Source: Eledone cirrhosa
Taxonomy: Eukaryota
DNA length: 64,000 nt
NCBI GenBank assembly: GCA_964016885.1
Contig: OZ024741.1
Span: 42,036,001-42,100,000 of the forward strand
Direction: 5' to 3'
The stretch's first letter is position 1. Each line of letters opens with the position of its first letter. The position numbers and the translations under genes are program-made. Below, one piece after another: positions 49,540 through 64,000 of the stretch. The notes below the pieces were generated by a model that was not told where the DNA came from, did no database searches, and was given only the letters and a program-made list of their open reading frames with translations.

Positions 49540-49611
49540 ATTCCATTACCAAAGGTTTCAGGAAACTAGACGATTCTTACAGAAACATCCAGCTCATTCA
49601 TCAGATGAAAT
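49540..49611 (-). ncRNA. Type I hammerhead ribozyme within fold-back element 49460-49680
   Basis: AUUUCAU-CUGAUGA-[stem II GAGCUGGAUG/CGUCUAGUUUC]-GAAA-CCUUUGG-UA^AUGGAAU; 7-bp stem I. Confidence 0.8.
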
Positions 49612-49680
49612 AGTTATCTATTTCTGTTAGGATTGTCTAGTTTCCTGAAACCTTAGGTAATGGAATCATGATATTGTGTG

Positions 49681-49740
<60 letters not shown>

Positions 49741-49857
49741 TACTTGGTTGAGTGCATGTTTGTCTGTAGATTCTTTTTGATACGTCCTTCTTTGTTGTGT
49801 GTCACTGCTGCAGACAAGAAAGCTTTAGTAATATCGGCTCTGAGCCAATTTTAGAAA

Positions 49858-50330
49858 TTATCATCATCATCAATCATCAATCATCATAATTATCATCATT
49901 ATCATCCCCATAACCATCATCATCACTATCATCAACATTATCACCATTATCATCATCATCATCATCATCATCACCATCATCATTATCATCATCATCATCA
50001 TCATCACCATCACCACCATCATCATCATCATTATCACCATTATCACCATTATCGTCTTCATCATCATTATCATTATCACCATCGCCACCACAACCCCCAC
50101 CATCATCATCATTACCATCAACATCAACATAGTCATCATCATACCTATCACCACGACCATCATCATCACCATTATCATCATCATCACCATCGCCATCGCC
50201 ACCACAACCACCACCAGCATCATCATCACCATCGCCATCACCATCATCACCACCACCACCACCATTACCATCACCACCACCATCATCACTAATATCATTG
50301 TTATTGTCGTTATCTTCATCATTGCTGTCA
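49858..50330. repeat. (CAT/CAC)n low-complexity tract
   Basis: Directly visible. Confidence 0.9.
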
Positions 50331-50649
50331 ATATTAGTGTTTATTATTAGTTTTATTATTAGTTTTATTATTTCAAACATCATTTACTACAAAGTTTTGG
50401 TTTTCTGAATAAGTTTGGCATCTATAGAAGCTATCTTGTAATAATCTTTCAAGACATTGTTCTCTCATGTAATCATTAAAATCCACATTTTGATTCCATT
50501 TCTCCAAAACACGTTAGTCTTTTCAAAACTGTCTATAATACATTTATTTATATATTTTATGTGAGGAAATATCTAACATTGTTAAATCTAAAATGAAGCA
50601 ACATCATTCTCATAATATTCTTCTTCCATTAATTGACTTATTCACTATA

Positions 50650-53600
50650 AAAACAACAACCACACACAACACCACTACTAACAACAACCATAACATAAAA
50701 CACCACTACCACACCTAACAACAACAACCACTACTAACAACAACACAAACCATGTACAACACAACACCACAATCACTACTTCTACCACTACTAACAACAA
50801 CACCACCATGTACAACACAACACCACACCTAACAACAAAGACCACTACAAACAACACCACCACCACCACACACAACACCACCACCACTTCTACCACTACT
50901 AACAACAACACCACCACCACACACAACACCACAACCACTTCTACCAGAACTATCAACAACACTACCACCACACACAACACCACAACCACTTCTACCACTA
51001 CTATCAACAACACCACCACCACACACAACACCACAACCACTTCTACCACTACTATCAACAACACCATCACCACACACAACACCGCAACCACTTCTACCAC
51101 TACTATCAACAACACCACCACCACACACAACACCACAACCACTTCTACCACTACTATCAACACCACCACCACCACACACAACACCACAACCACTTCTACC
51201 ACTACTATCAACAACACCACCACCACACACAACACCACAACCACTTCTACCACTACTATCAACAACACCACCACCACACACAACACCACAACCACTTCTA
51301 CCACTACTATGAACAACACCACCACCACACACAACACCACAACCACTTCTACCACTACTAACAACAACACCACCACCACACACAACACCACAATCACTTC
51401 TACCACTACTAACAACAACACCACCACCACACACAACACCACAACCACTTCTACCACTATCAACAACACCACCACCACACACAACACCACAACCACTTCT
51501 ACCACTACTAACAACAACACCACAACCACACACAACACCACAACCACTTCTACCACTACTATCAACAACACCACCACCACACACAACACCACAACCACTT
51601 CTACCACTACTATGAACACCACCACCACCACACACAACACCACAACCACTTCTACCACTACTATCAACACCACCACCACCACACACAACACCACAACCAC
51701 TTCTACCACTACTAACAACAACACCACCACCACACACAACACCACAACCACATCTACCACTACTATCAACAACACCACCACCACACACAACACCACAACC
51801 ACTTCTACCACTACTAACAACAACACCACCACCACACACAACACCGCAACCACTTCTACCACTACTAACAACAACACCACCACCACACACAACACCACCA
51901 CCACACACAACACCACAACCACTTCTACCACTACTATCAACAACACCACCACCACACACAACATCACAACCACTTCTACCACTACTAACAACAACACCAC
52001 CACCACACACAACACCGCAACCACTTCTACCACTACTAACAACAACACCACCACCACACACAACACCACAACCACTTCTACCACTACTATCAACACAACC
52101 ACCACCACACACAACACCGCAACCACTTCTACCACTACTAACAACAACACCACCACCACACACAACACCACAACCACTTCTACCACTACTAACAACAACA
52201 CCACCACCACACACAACACCACAACCACTTCTACCACTACTAACAATAACACCACCACCACACACAACACCGCAACCACTTCTACCAGAACTATCAACAA
52301 CACCACCACCACACACAACACCACAACCACTTCTACCACTACTATCAACACCACCACCACCACACACAACACCACAACCACTTCTACCACTACTAACAAC
52401 AACACCACCACCGCACACAACACCGCAACCACTTCTACCACTACTAACAACACCACCACCACCACACACAACACCACAACCACTTCTACCACTACTATCA
52501 ACAACACCACCACCACAGACAACACCACAACCACTTCTACCACTATCAACAACACCACCACCACACACAACACCACAACCACTTCTACCACTACTATCAA
52601 CAACACCACCACCACACACAACACCACAACCACTTCTACCACTACTATCAACAACACCACCACCACACACAACACCACAACCACTTCTACCACTATCAAC
52701 AACACCACCACCACACACAACACCACAACCACTTCTACCACTACTATCAACAACACCACCACCACACACAACACCACAACCACTTCTACCACTACTATCA
52801 ACAACACCACCACCACACACAACACCACAACCACTTCTACCACTACTATCAACAACACCACCACCACACACAACACCGCAACCACTTCTACCACTACTAA
52901 CAACAACACCACCACCACACACAACACCACAACCACTTCTACCACTACTATCAACAACACCACCACCACACACAACACCACAACCACTTCTACCACTACT
53001 ATCAACAACACCACCACCACACACAACACCGCAACCACTTCTACCACTATCAACAACACCACCACCACACACAACACCACAACCACTTCTACCACTACTA
53101 TCAACAACACCACCACCACACACAACACCACAACCACTTCTACCACTACTATCAACAACACCACCACCACACACAACACCACAACCACTTCTACCACTAT
53201 CAACAACACCACCACCACACACAACACCACAACCACTTCTACCACTACTATCAACAACACCACCACCACACACAACACCACAACCACTTCTACCACTACT
53301 ATCAACAACACCACCACCACACACAACACCACAACCACTTCTACCACTACTATCAACAACACCACCACCACACACAACACCGCAACCACTTCTATCACTA
53401 CTAACAACAACACCACCACCACACACAACACCACAACCACTTCTACCACTATCAACAACAGCATCACCACACACAACACCACAATCACTTCTACCACTAC
53501 TATCAACACCACCACCACCACACACAACACCACAACCACTTCTACCACTACTATCAACAACACCACCACCACACACAACACCGCAACCACTTCTACCACT

Positions 53601-53890
53601 ACTAACAACAACACCACCACCACACACAACACCACAACCACTTCTACCACTATCAACAACACCACCACCACACACAACACCACAACCACTTCTACCACTA
53701 CTATCAACAACACCACCACCACACACAACACCGCAACCACTTCTACCACTACTAACAACAACACCACCACCACACACAACACCACAACCACTGCTACTAC
53801 AACAACAACCATCACATACCACACCACAACCACTACTAATAACAATAACAATTCCATGTACAACACCACCACAACACTACAACCACTATC
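50650..53890. repeat. 51-bp (variant 48-bp) minisatellite array
   Basis: The unit reads HNTTTTSTTTINNTTTT in one plus-strand frame. Confidence 0.95.
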
Positions 53891-54049
53891 AACAACACCA
53901 CAACCATTACTATGAACAATACTATCAGCTACAACTCTAAAATCACTCTCTATCATTACAAGCTACAACACTGCCACTAACACTGCTCCCACCACCACCA
54001 CCACCACCACCACCACCACCACCACCAACACTACCACCATCACCTACAG

Positions 54050-57000
54050 TGCTACAACCAGCACTACAAACAACACTGCCACCACCATAATCAACACTAT
54101 CTACAACACTACAACCAACACTGCCACCACCATAAACAACACCACCTACAACACTACAACCAACACTGCCACCACCTACAACACTGCCACCACCATAAAC
54201 AACACCACCTACAACACTACAACCAACACTGCCACCACCATAAACAACACCACCTACAACACTACAGCCAACACTGCCACCACCATAAACAACACCACCT
54301 ACAACACTACAACCAACACTGCCACCACCATAAACAACACCACCTACAACACTACAAACAACACTGCCACCACCATAATCAACACTATCTACAACACTAC
54401 AACCAACACTGCCACCACCATAAACAACACCACCTACAACACTACAACCAACACTGCCACCACCTACAACACTGCCACCACCATAAACAACACCACCTAC
54501 AACACTACAACCAACACTGCCACCACCATAAACAACACCACCTACAACACTACAGCCAACACTGCCACCACCATAAACAACACCACCTACAACACTACAA
54601 CCAACACTGCCACCACCATAAACAACACCACCTACAACACTACAACCAACACTGCCACCACCATAAACAACACCACCTACAACACTACAGCCAACACTGC
54701 CACCACCATAAACAACACCACCTACAACACTACAACCAACACTGCCACCACCATAAACAACACCACCTACAACACTACAACCAACACTGCCACCACCATA
54801 AACAACACCACCTACAACACTACAGCCAACACTGCCACCACCATAAACAACACCACCTACAACACTACAACCAACACTGCCACCACCATAAACAACACCA
54901 CCTACAACACTACAACCAACACTGCCACCACCATAAACAACACCACCTACAACACTACAACCAACACTGCCACCACCATAAACAACACCACCTACAACAC
55001 TACAACCAACACTGCCACCACCATAAACAACACCACCTACAACACTACAACCAACACTGCCACCACCATAAACAACACCACCTACAACACTACAACCAAC
55101 ACTGCCACCACCATAAACAACACCACCTACAACACTACAGCCAACACTGCCACCACCATAAACAACACCACCTACAACACTACAACCAACACTGCCACCA
55201 CCATAAACAACACCACCTACAACACTACAACCAACACTGCCACCACCATAAACAACACCACCTACAACACTACAGCCAACACTGCCACCACCATAAACAA
55301 CACCACCTACAACACTACAACCAACACTGCCACCACCATAAACAACACCACCTACAACACTACAGCCAACACTGCCACCACCATAAACAACACCACCTAC
55401 AACACTACAACCAACACTGCCACCACCATAAACAACACCACCTACAACACTACAACCAACACTGCCACCAGCATAAACAACACCACCTACAACACTACAG
55501 CCAACACTGCCACCACCATAAACAACACCACCTACAACACTACAACCAACACTGCCACCACCATAAACAACACCACCTACAACACTACAACCAACACTGC
55601 CACCACCATAAACAACACCACCTACAACACTACAACCAACACTGCCACCACCATAAACAACACCACCTACAACACTACAACCAACACTGCCACCACCATA
55701 AACAACACCACCTACAACACTACAACCAACACTGCCACCACCATAAACAACACCACCTACAACACTACAACCAACACTGCCACCACCATAAACAACACCA
55801 CCTACAACACTACAACCAACACTGCCACCACCATAAACAACACCACCTACAACACTACAACCAACACTGCCACCACCATAAACAACACCACCTACAACAC
55901 TACAACCAACACTGCCACCACCATAAACAACACCACCTACAACACTACAACCAACACTGCCACCACCATAAACAACACCACCTACAACACTACAACCAAC
56001 ACTGCCACCACCATAAACAACACCACCTACAACACTACAACCAACACTGCCACCACCATAAACAACACCACCTACAACACTACAACCAACACTGCCACCA
56101 CCATAAACAACACCACCTACAACACTACAGCCAACACTGCCACCACCATAAACAACACCACCTACAACACTACAACCAACACTGCCACCACCATAAACAA
56201 CACCACCTACAACACTACAACCAACACTGCCACCACCATAAACAACACCACCTACAACACTACAACCAACACTGCCACCACCATAAACAACACCACCTAC
56301 AACACTACAACCAACACTGCCACCACCATAAACAACACCACCTACAACACTACAACCAACACTGCCACCACCATAAACAACACCACCTACAACACTACAA
56401 CCAACACTGCCACCACCATAAACAACACCACCTACAACACTACAACCAACACTGCCACCACCATAAACAACACCACCTACAACACTACAACCAACACTGC
56501 CACCACCATAAACAACACCACCTACAACACTACAACCAACACTGCCACCACCATAAACAACACCACCTACAACACTACAACCAACACTGCCACCACCATA
56601 AACAACACCACCTACAACACTACAACCAACACTGCCACCACCATAAACAACACCACCTACAACACTACAGCCAACACTGCCACCACCATAAACAACACCA
56701 CCTACAACACTACAGCCAACACTGCCACCACCATAAACAACACCAACTACAACACTACAACCAACACTGCCACCACCATAAACAACACCACCTACAACAC
56801 TACAACCAACACTGCCACCACCATAAACAACACCACCTACAACACTACAACCAACACTGCCACCACCATAAACAACACCACCTACAACACTACAACCAAC
56901 ACTGCCACCACCATAAACAACACCACCTACAACACTACAGCCAACACTGCCACCACCATAAACAACACCACCTACAACACTACAACCAACACTGCCACCA

Positions 57001-60000
57001 CCATAAACAACACCACCTACAACACTACAACCAACACTGCCACCACCATAAACAACACCACCTACAACACTACAGCCAACACTGCCACCACCATAAACAA
57101 CACCACCTACAACACTACAACCAACACTGCCACCACCATAAACAACACCACCTACAACACTACAGCCAACACTGCCACCACCATAAACAACACCACCTAC
57201 AACACTACAGCCAACACTGCCACCACCATAAACAACACCACCTACAACACTACAACCAACACTGCCACCACCATAAACAACACCACCTACAACACTACAA
57301 CCAACACTGCCACCACCATAAACAACACCACCTACAACACTACAACCAACACTGCCACCACCATAAACAACACCACCTACAACACTACAGCCAACACTGC
57401 CACCACCATAAACAACACCACCTACAACACTACAACCAACACTGCCACCACCATAAACAACACCACCTACAACACTACAACCAACACTGCCACCACCATA
57501 AACAACACCACCTACAACACTACAACCAACACTGCCACCACCATAAACAACAACACCTACAACACTACAGCCAACACTGCCACCACCATAAACAACACCA
57601 CCTACAACACTACAACCAACACTGCCACCACCATAAACAACACCACCTACAACACTACAACCAACACTGCCACCACCATAAACAACACCACCTACAACAC
57701 TACAACCAACACTGCCACCACCATAAACAACACCACCTACAACACTACAACCAACACTGCCACCACCATAAACAACACCACCTACAACACTACAACCAAC
57801 ACTGCCACCACCATAAACAACACCACCTACAACACTACAACCAACACTGCCACCACCATAAACAACACCACCTACAACACTACAGCCAACACTGCCACCA
57901 CCATAAACAACACCACCTACAACACTACAACCAACACTGCCACCACCATAAACAACACCACCTACAACACTACAACCAACACTGCCACCACCATAAACAA
58001 CACCACCTACAACACTACAACCAACACTGCCACCACCATAAACAACACCACCTACAACACTACAACCAACACTGCCACCACCATAAACAACACCACCTAC
58101 AACACTACAACCAACACTGCCACCACCATAAACAACACCACCTACAACACTACAACCAACACTGCCACCACCATAAACAACACCACCTACAACACTACAA
58201 CCAACACTGCCACCACCATAAACAACACCACCTACAACACTACAACCAACACTGCCACCACCATAAACAACACCACCTACAACACTACAACCAACACTGC
58301 CACCACCATAAACAACACCACCTACAACACTACAGCCAACACTGCCACCACCATAAACAACACCACCTACAACACTACAACCAACACTGCCACCACCATA
58401 AACAACACCACCTACAACACTACAACCAACACTGCCACCACCATAAACAACACCACCTACAACACTACAGCCAACACTGCCACCACCATAAACAACACCA
58501 CCTACAACACTACAACCAACACTGCCACCACCATAAACAACACCACCTACAACACTACAACCAACACTGCCACCACCATAAACAACTCCACCTACAACAC
58601 TACAACCAACACTGCCACCACCATAAACAACACCACCTACAACACTACAGCCAACACTGCCACCACCATAAACAACACCACCTACAACACTACAACCAAC
58701 ACTGCCACCACCATAAACAACACCACCTACAACACTACAGCCAACACTGCCACCACCATAAACAACACCACCTACAACACTACAACCAACACTGCCACCA
58801 CCATAAACAACACCACCTACAACACTACAACCAACACTGCCACCACCATAAACAACACCACCTACAACACTACAACCAACACTGCCACCACCATAAACAA
58901 CACCACCTACAACACTACAACCAACACTGCCACCACCATAAACAACACCACCTACAACACTACAACCAACACTGCCACCCCCATAAACAACACCACCTAC
59001 AACACTACAACCAACACTGCCACCACCATAAACAACACCACCTACAACACTACAGCCAACACTGCCACCACCATAAACAACACCACCTACAACACTACAA
59101 CCAACACTGCCACCACCATAAACAACACCACCTACAACACTACAACCAACACTGCCACCACCATAAACAACACCACCTACAACACTACAACCAACACTGC
59201 CACCACCATAAACAACACCACCTACAACACTACAACCAACACTGCCACCACCATAAACAACACCACCTACAACACTACAGCCAACACTGCCACCACCATA
59301 AACAACACCACCTACAACACTACAACCAACACTGCCACCACCATAAACAACACCACCTACAACACTACAACCAACACTGCCACCACCATAAACAACACCA
59401 CCTACAACACTACAACGAACACTGCCACCATCATAAACAACACCACCTACAACACTACAACCAACACTGCCACCACCATAAACAACACCACCTACAACAC
59501 TACAACCAACACTGCCACCACCATAAACAACACCACCTACAACACTACAACCAACACTGCCACCATCATAAACAACACCACCTACAACACTACAACCAAC
59601 ACTGCCACCATCATAAACAACACCACCTACAACACTACAACCAACACTGCCACCATCATAAACAACACCACCTACAACACTACAACCAACACTGCCACCA
59701 CCATAAACAACACCACCTACAACACTACAACCAACACTGCCACCATCATAAACAACACCACCTACAACACTACAACCAACACTGCCACCATCATAAACAA
59801 CACCACCTACAACACTACAACCAACACTGCCACCATCATAAACAACACCACCTACAACACTACAACCAACACTGCCACCACCATAAACAACACCACCTAC
59901 AACACTACAACCAACACTGCCACCACCATAAACAACACCACCTACAACACTACAACCAACACTGCCACCACCATAAACAACACCACCTACAACACTACAA

Positions 60001-60110
60001 CCAACACTGCCACCACCATAAACAACACCACCTACAACACTACAGCCAACACTGCCACCACCATAAACAACACCACCTACAACACTACAACCAACACTGC
60101 CACCATCAGC
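54050..60110. repeat. 45-bp minisatellite (ccaacactgccaccaccataaacaacaccacctacaacactacaa), ~130 nearly identical copies
   Basis: Directly visible. Confidence 0.97.
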
Positions 60111-60698
60111 ACCAAGAACAATGCCTGTAACATTACAACCATCACAACAACCACCACCATCACTACCAGCCTCACCAAAACAATCTGTATAACTACAACT
60201 GCTACTACTACTACTACTACTACTACCACCATCACTAACCACCACACTACCTACAACACTACAACAATCATCACAAACATATACATCACTACAACTTGCA
60301 ATCAATTAAGACTTGTTAGTATAAACGCTAAGGGTTTTAGGTACGCATGTCATTGTAGGCAGTCACAGGTACTCAAGTGACCCTGCTCTCTCCGCCCATG
60401 ATCTAACAACGGGGTGTTCAGACTGTGATAGCTAGATGGAAAAAATACTAAATGTTGGTTATTAGGTATGAAGGAGTTTTCATTAATTAAATATTTTTAA
60501 GACAGGGTTATTTTTACATAATTTATTTATTGCATTATATCAATGACATGGTTACACAATGGTTATATCATCAACAGTTTCTATCTGACGTCATCAGATG
60601 CTCATACAATTATGAGGTGTTGTTATGCAAGTATGCAGATATGCTGTCAGTAATGTATTACCATCTTAGTGTGATGCTACCAAATTTATATATATATA

Positions 60699-61195
60699 TG
60701 TAGCGACGTGGTTAGTCAGTCTAGTCACTACTTCTGATCAGATCCGAGAATAGCCCTGAGAAGGACTCTTATCGCATACGGTCTGATCAGATCTGAAGAT
60801 AGCCCTTAAAAGGACTGTTGTCGCATATAGCCCTTAAAAGAACTGTTGAGGATGGACAGACGAAAGCACAAGTTGAAAGGACGAAGCAAGGCGAGATGTA
60901 AATTCGATCAGCTATTTATTTTCACATGAGACGACGATACGAGGTACAAGGCGTGTGAGTGACAAAGCGTGGCAGAGGCGAGGAACAACGATGCGCTAGC
61001 TGACTCTGCCAAAAGTCGACTAGCGAAGTGTTGGGAACCACTCTATTTATACAGAAACAATCGTTTGATGTTTAGTAGATGTGTAGGCGTTTATTCTGGT
61101 AGGTTTTAAGGGTTCTTTTGTTTCACGTTGAAGTAGCTAGCTAACAGGTAGATGGCGCTGTATATTTCACAGATGTTATTTCCGGTGGCTGTACA
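60699..61195 (-). repeat. 3' LTR (~497 bp)
   Basis: On the minus strand it begins TGTA after the PPT actggcagggggctaa and ends ..GCTACA; TATAAA near 61045 and AATAAA near 60915. Confidence 0.75.
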
Positions 61196-62449
61196 TTAGC
61201 CCCCTGCCAGTTCTTTTGTACAACAAAAGAGCGAAATATCGTATAGTAATGGGCCAGTGGTGCATTTGTCATGACAATAGCCACAGGAGTGTCCAGCACG
61301 TTGTGAAATTTTGTGATCATCGAGTACAAGACAGAGTCGATGTAGAGATGATATGGCAAGATGTGTGTGTCAGGAAGAGAAAAAAGAAATAAACTATAAA
61401 ATGACTTTGACCAGATTTATGCAGGCGTGATGAATGAGCCTGTTGCAATTTCGGTTGAGCTGCCTGTGAATTGCGTGACAAAAAGTCTAACTGGGCAGTG
61501 AAGATAACCGTAATTGTGAACTGAATGGCCGTAAGCATGCTGCCTAAAAGTAACAGTTTGCTCCACAGCATATGACTTGAGCGAATGCATGTGGTAAAAA
61601 AAAATAGGGAGGCATTCTCGAGCTATTGAGTGAATGTGTACGTGAAAAAAGAAGGCCAGTATTTTGAGGATGCGATTTGTGAAATGCGTGATCAAAGAGA
61701 AAACATTTTGTAGTGTAACAGTTAGAGGGACACAAATATCTATTGCTCAGTGTATGAACCAAAAGGTGAAACAAACGTGGTTTTGTAGTGTGCATGAAAA
61801 ATAGGATATGTACACGCCTTGTATGTATATAAAAATTATGGCAATTACACAATCAATGTTACAGAACAAGAAAAATATAAATTTTTGCAAAACAAGAGAG
61901 TGAAGAAAAAAAAAAATGTTATACACAATGATATACACAATGTTTGTTCTTAAATAGAGTTTGTAATAAATAATTGTTTCTACTTTAGGCACAAGGCCAG
62001 CACATACCCAGGGCATTACTGGTACTTTATTTTATCGACCCCGTAAGGATGAAAGGCAAAGTCAATTTCGGCGGGATTTGAATTCAGATCGTAAGGGGAC
62101 GTAACTATGCTGGAAAGCATGGTGTCCGACCCTCTACCGATACTGCCAAAAATAATGTTCATTATAAATAATGTTCTTCGTGACATGAGCACATGGTCAC
62201 TAAAAATTGCAATTGTTCAAGCAGAAAGTTCATTGTATTTGAAACTGGAAATAGTAAACACAAGAAAAATGGAAATGTTTTGCACGAAGAATGATTAAGA
62301 AACTCACTTGAGGTTAACGGTAATTCACATATTGTGCCAACTTTGCGGGCCAATGGACGCGTCGTCCGCTTCTCGTGACTGGAGATGAAACAGGTGGCTC
62401 GCTGGGACAGCAATCTGTTGGAGTTTCTGGTGTAGAGACTGTAACAGTA

Positions 62450-64000
62450 TCCATGATGGCTTTTTTTTAATCTGTCCACGCTGACAGAATTCTGTTTACC
62501 ATCTAGATCGAGAATAACATATTTCGGATATTTTTTTAGAACACGATAAGGGCCAGAATATGGAGGTCGAAGATGAGCTGAGATGGTGTCGTTTCGAACG
62601 AAAACGTGTGTCCAATCTTTAATGTCTGAAGGTACGTGTGTGGCCGTGTTCTGTTGACGGGTGCTTGCAGGAGCAAGGTGAGACATATATTGTCGAAGAC
62701 GGTGTACGTATGATCCTGGGTCTGGAACATCCTGAGGAGAGATGGGAGCAACCATCTGATCAGGTAGAACCAGGGTGGTGCCGTACACTAATTCTGCAGG
62801 TGTGTGTCCGAATTCCTCCTTAACGGATATCGATTGCCCAGATGGATGAGTGGTAGGTATTCAAACCAGTGGGTCTTGTCTGGATATGCTTTTATTGCAG
62901 CTTTCAATTGGCGATGGAATCTTTCCACGAGACCATTAGCTTGCGGGTGATAAGCTGTCGTGCTGATGTGTTTACATCCTAACAGGCGAGTCAGTTCTCT
63001 GAAGAGGTGGGAGTCAAATTGGCGTCCTCTGTCCGTTGTTATCTTCGCTGGGGCGCCATAACGTGATGTCCAGTGTAAAACCAAAGTTTTAGCGACTGTT
63101 TCCGCTGAGGTATCATTTATGGGAAAAGCCTCAGGCCAACGAGAAAATCGATCGATGCAGGTGAGCAAGTGTGTGTAGTTCTGTGATGGTGGTAGAGGTC
63201 CGACGATGTCGATATGCACATGATGATAACGTGCATCAGGTTGCGCGAATGTGCCGAGTGGAGTTTTGATGTGTCTGTGGACTTTGGCTTTCTGGCAGGC
63301 AATGCAGTTCCTGGACCAGTCGCGCACGTCCTTGTTAATGTTAGTCCACACAAAACGAGCAGAGATGAGTTTCTGTGTAGCCCGGATTCCCGGGTGAGAC
63401 AAGCAGTGTAAAGCAGAAAAAACTTGTCGACGATGCATCTGTGGTACGTACGGTCGTTCATGACCGGTAGAAAGGTCGCACCAAATTTGTCCTGGAGAAG
63501 GAGGAATGGGAACTTGCTGAAACTTGAGGGATGGCGAATCTCGGAGCTTGATAAACTCTTCGTCAGTCTCTTGGTCAGCTGCGATCTGTTGAAGGTCGAT
63601 GCCTGAATGCACATATATTGCGTTCAGCTGGATTCGGGACAGGGCGTCGGCTGCTACGTTGTCTGATCCCTTGATATGCCGAATATCAGTTGAATATTGG
63701 GAGACAAAATCCAGGTGTCGGAGTTCTCTCGATGAATGTCGATCAGGTTTGGTACGGAACGCATAAATTAATGGTTTATGGTCCGTGTAGATCACGAAAT
63801 CTGATCCTTCGAGCATGTGCCGAAAATGCTTAACCGAAAGATAGGTTGCCAATAGTTCGCGGCCAAAGGTACTGTATTTCGTTTCTGCCGGTTGCAACCG
63901 CTTAGAAAAGAAGGATAAGGGTTGCCACACGCCGTCGACATGTTGTTGTAGAACGCCTCCAACCCCCGTGTCTGATGCGTCCACTAGCAGCGAAAGAGGA
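62450..64000 (-). pseudogene. Gypsy pol: RNase H plus integrase, one frameshift near 62830
   Basis: [37 protein letters not shown] finger, [22 protein letters not shown] and PYSGPY motifs. Confidence 0.92.

Larger units (their letters stand above)
60699..64000 (-). mobile_element. Ty3/Gypsy LTR retrotransposon (3' part)
   Basis: RNase H then integrase order, PPT and 3' LTR present; SINE inserted at 61972-62148. Confidence 0.92.

Noticed and set aside
53943-60305. 2120-aa Gly/Val/Cys ORF, and the minus-strand ORFs over 50678-53956
   Set aside because: Translations of 45- and 51-bp repeats whose lengths are multiples of 3; non-ATG starts or no non-repetitive domain.

Overview
Gene-poor, AT- and microsatellite-rich animal genomic DNA; the SINE/RTE content and repeat style suggest a cephalopod such as Octopus (inference). 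I see no convincing host gene. The window is a transposon mosaic: an intact-looking Tx1/L1-clade ORF2 (1-3010), RTE LINE copies with an inserted PHD-like finger, two tRNA-derived SINE families, R4/Dong- and CR1/L2-type remnants, non-autonomous Helitrons, an IR/DR Tc1 element, a hAT MITE, the 3' part of a Gypsy element, and large 44-, 51- and 45-bp tandem arrays. The most notable signal is not in the ORF track: about ten complete type I hammerhead ribozyme (HHR) motifs plus several half motifs, all folded by eye. They include a ~638-bp tandem repeat with one HHR per unit (retrozyme-like, 11762-15742), an HHR with a U3:A8 compensatory core (15865-15960), and many (TA)n-flanked fold-back palindromes built from Penelope-type HHR termini. 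Ribozyme activity and family assignments are untested.
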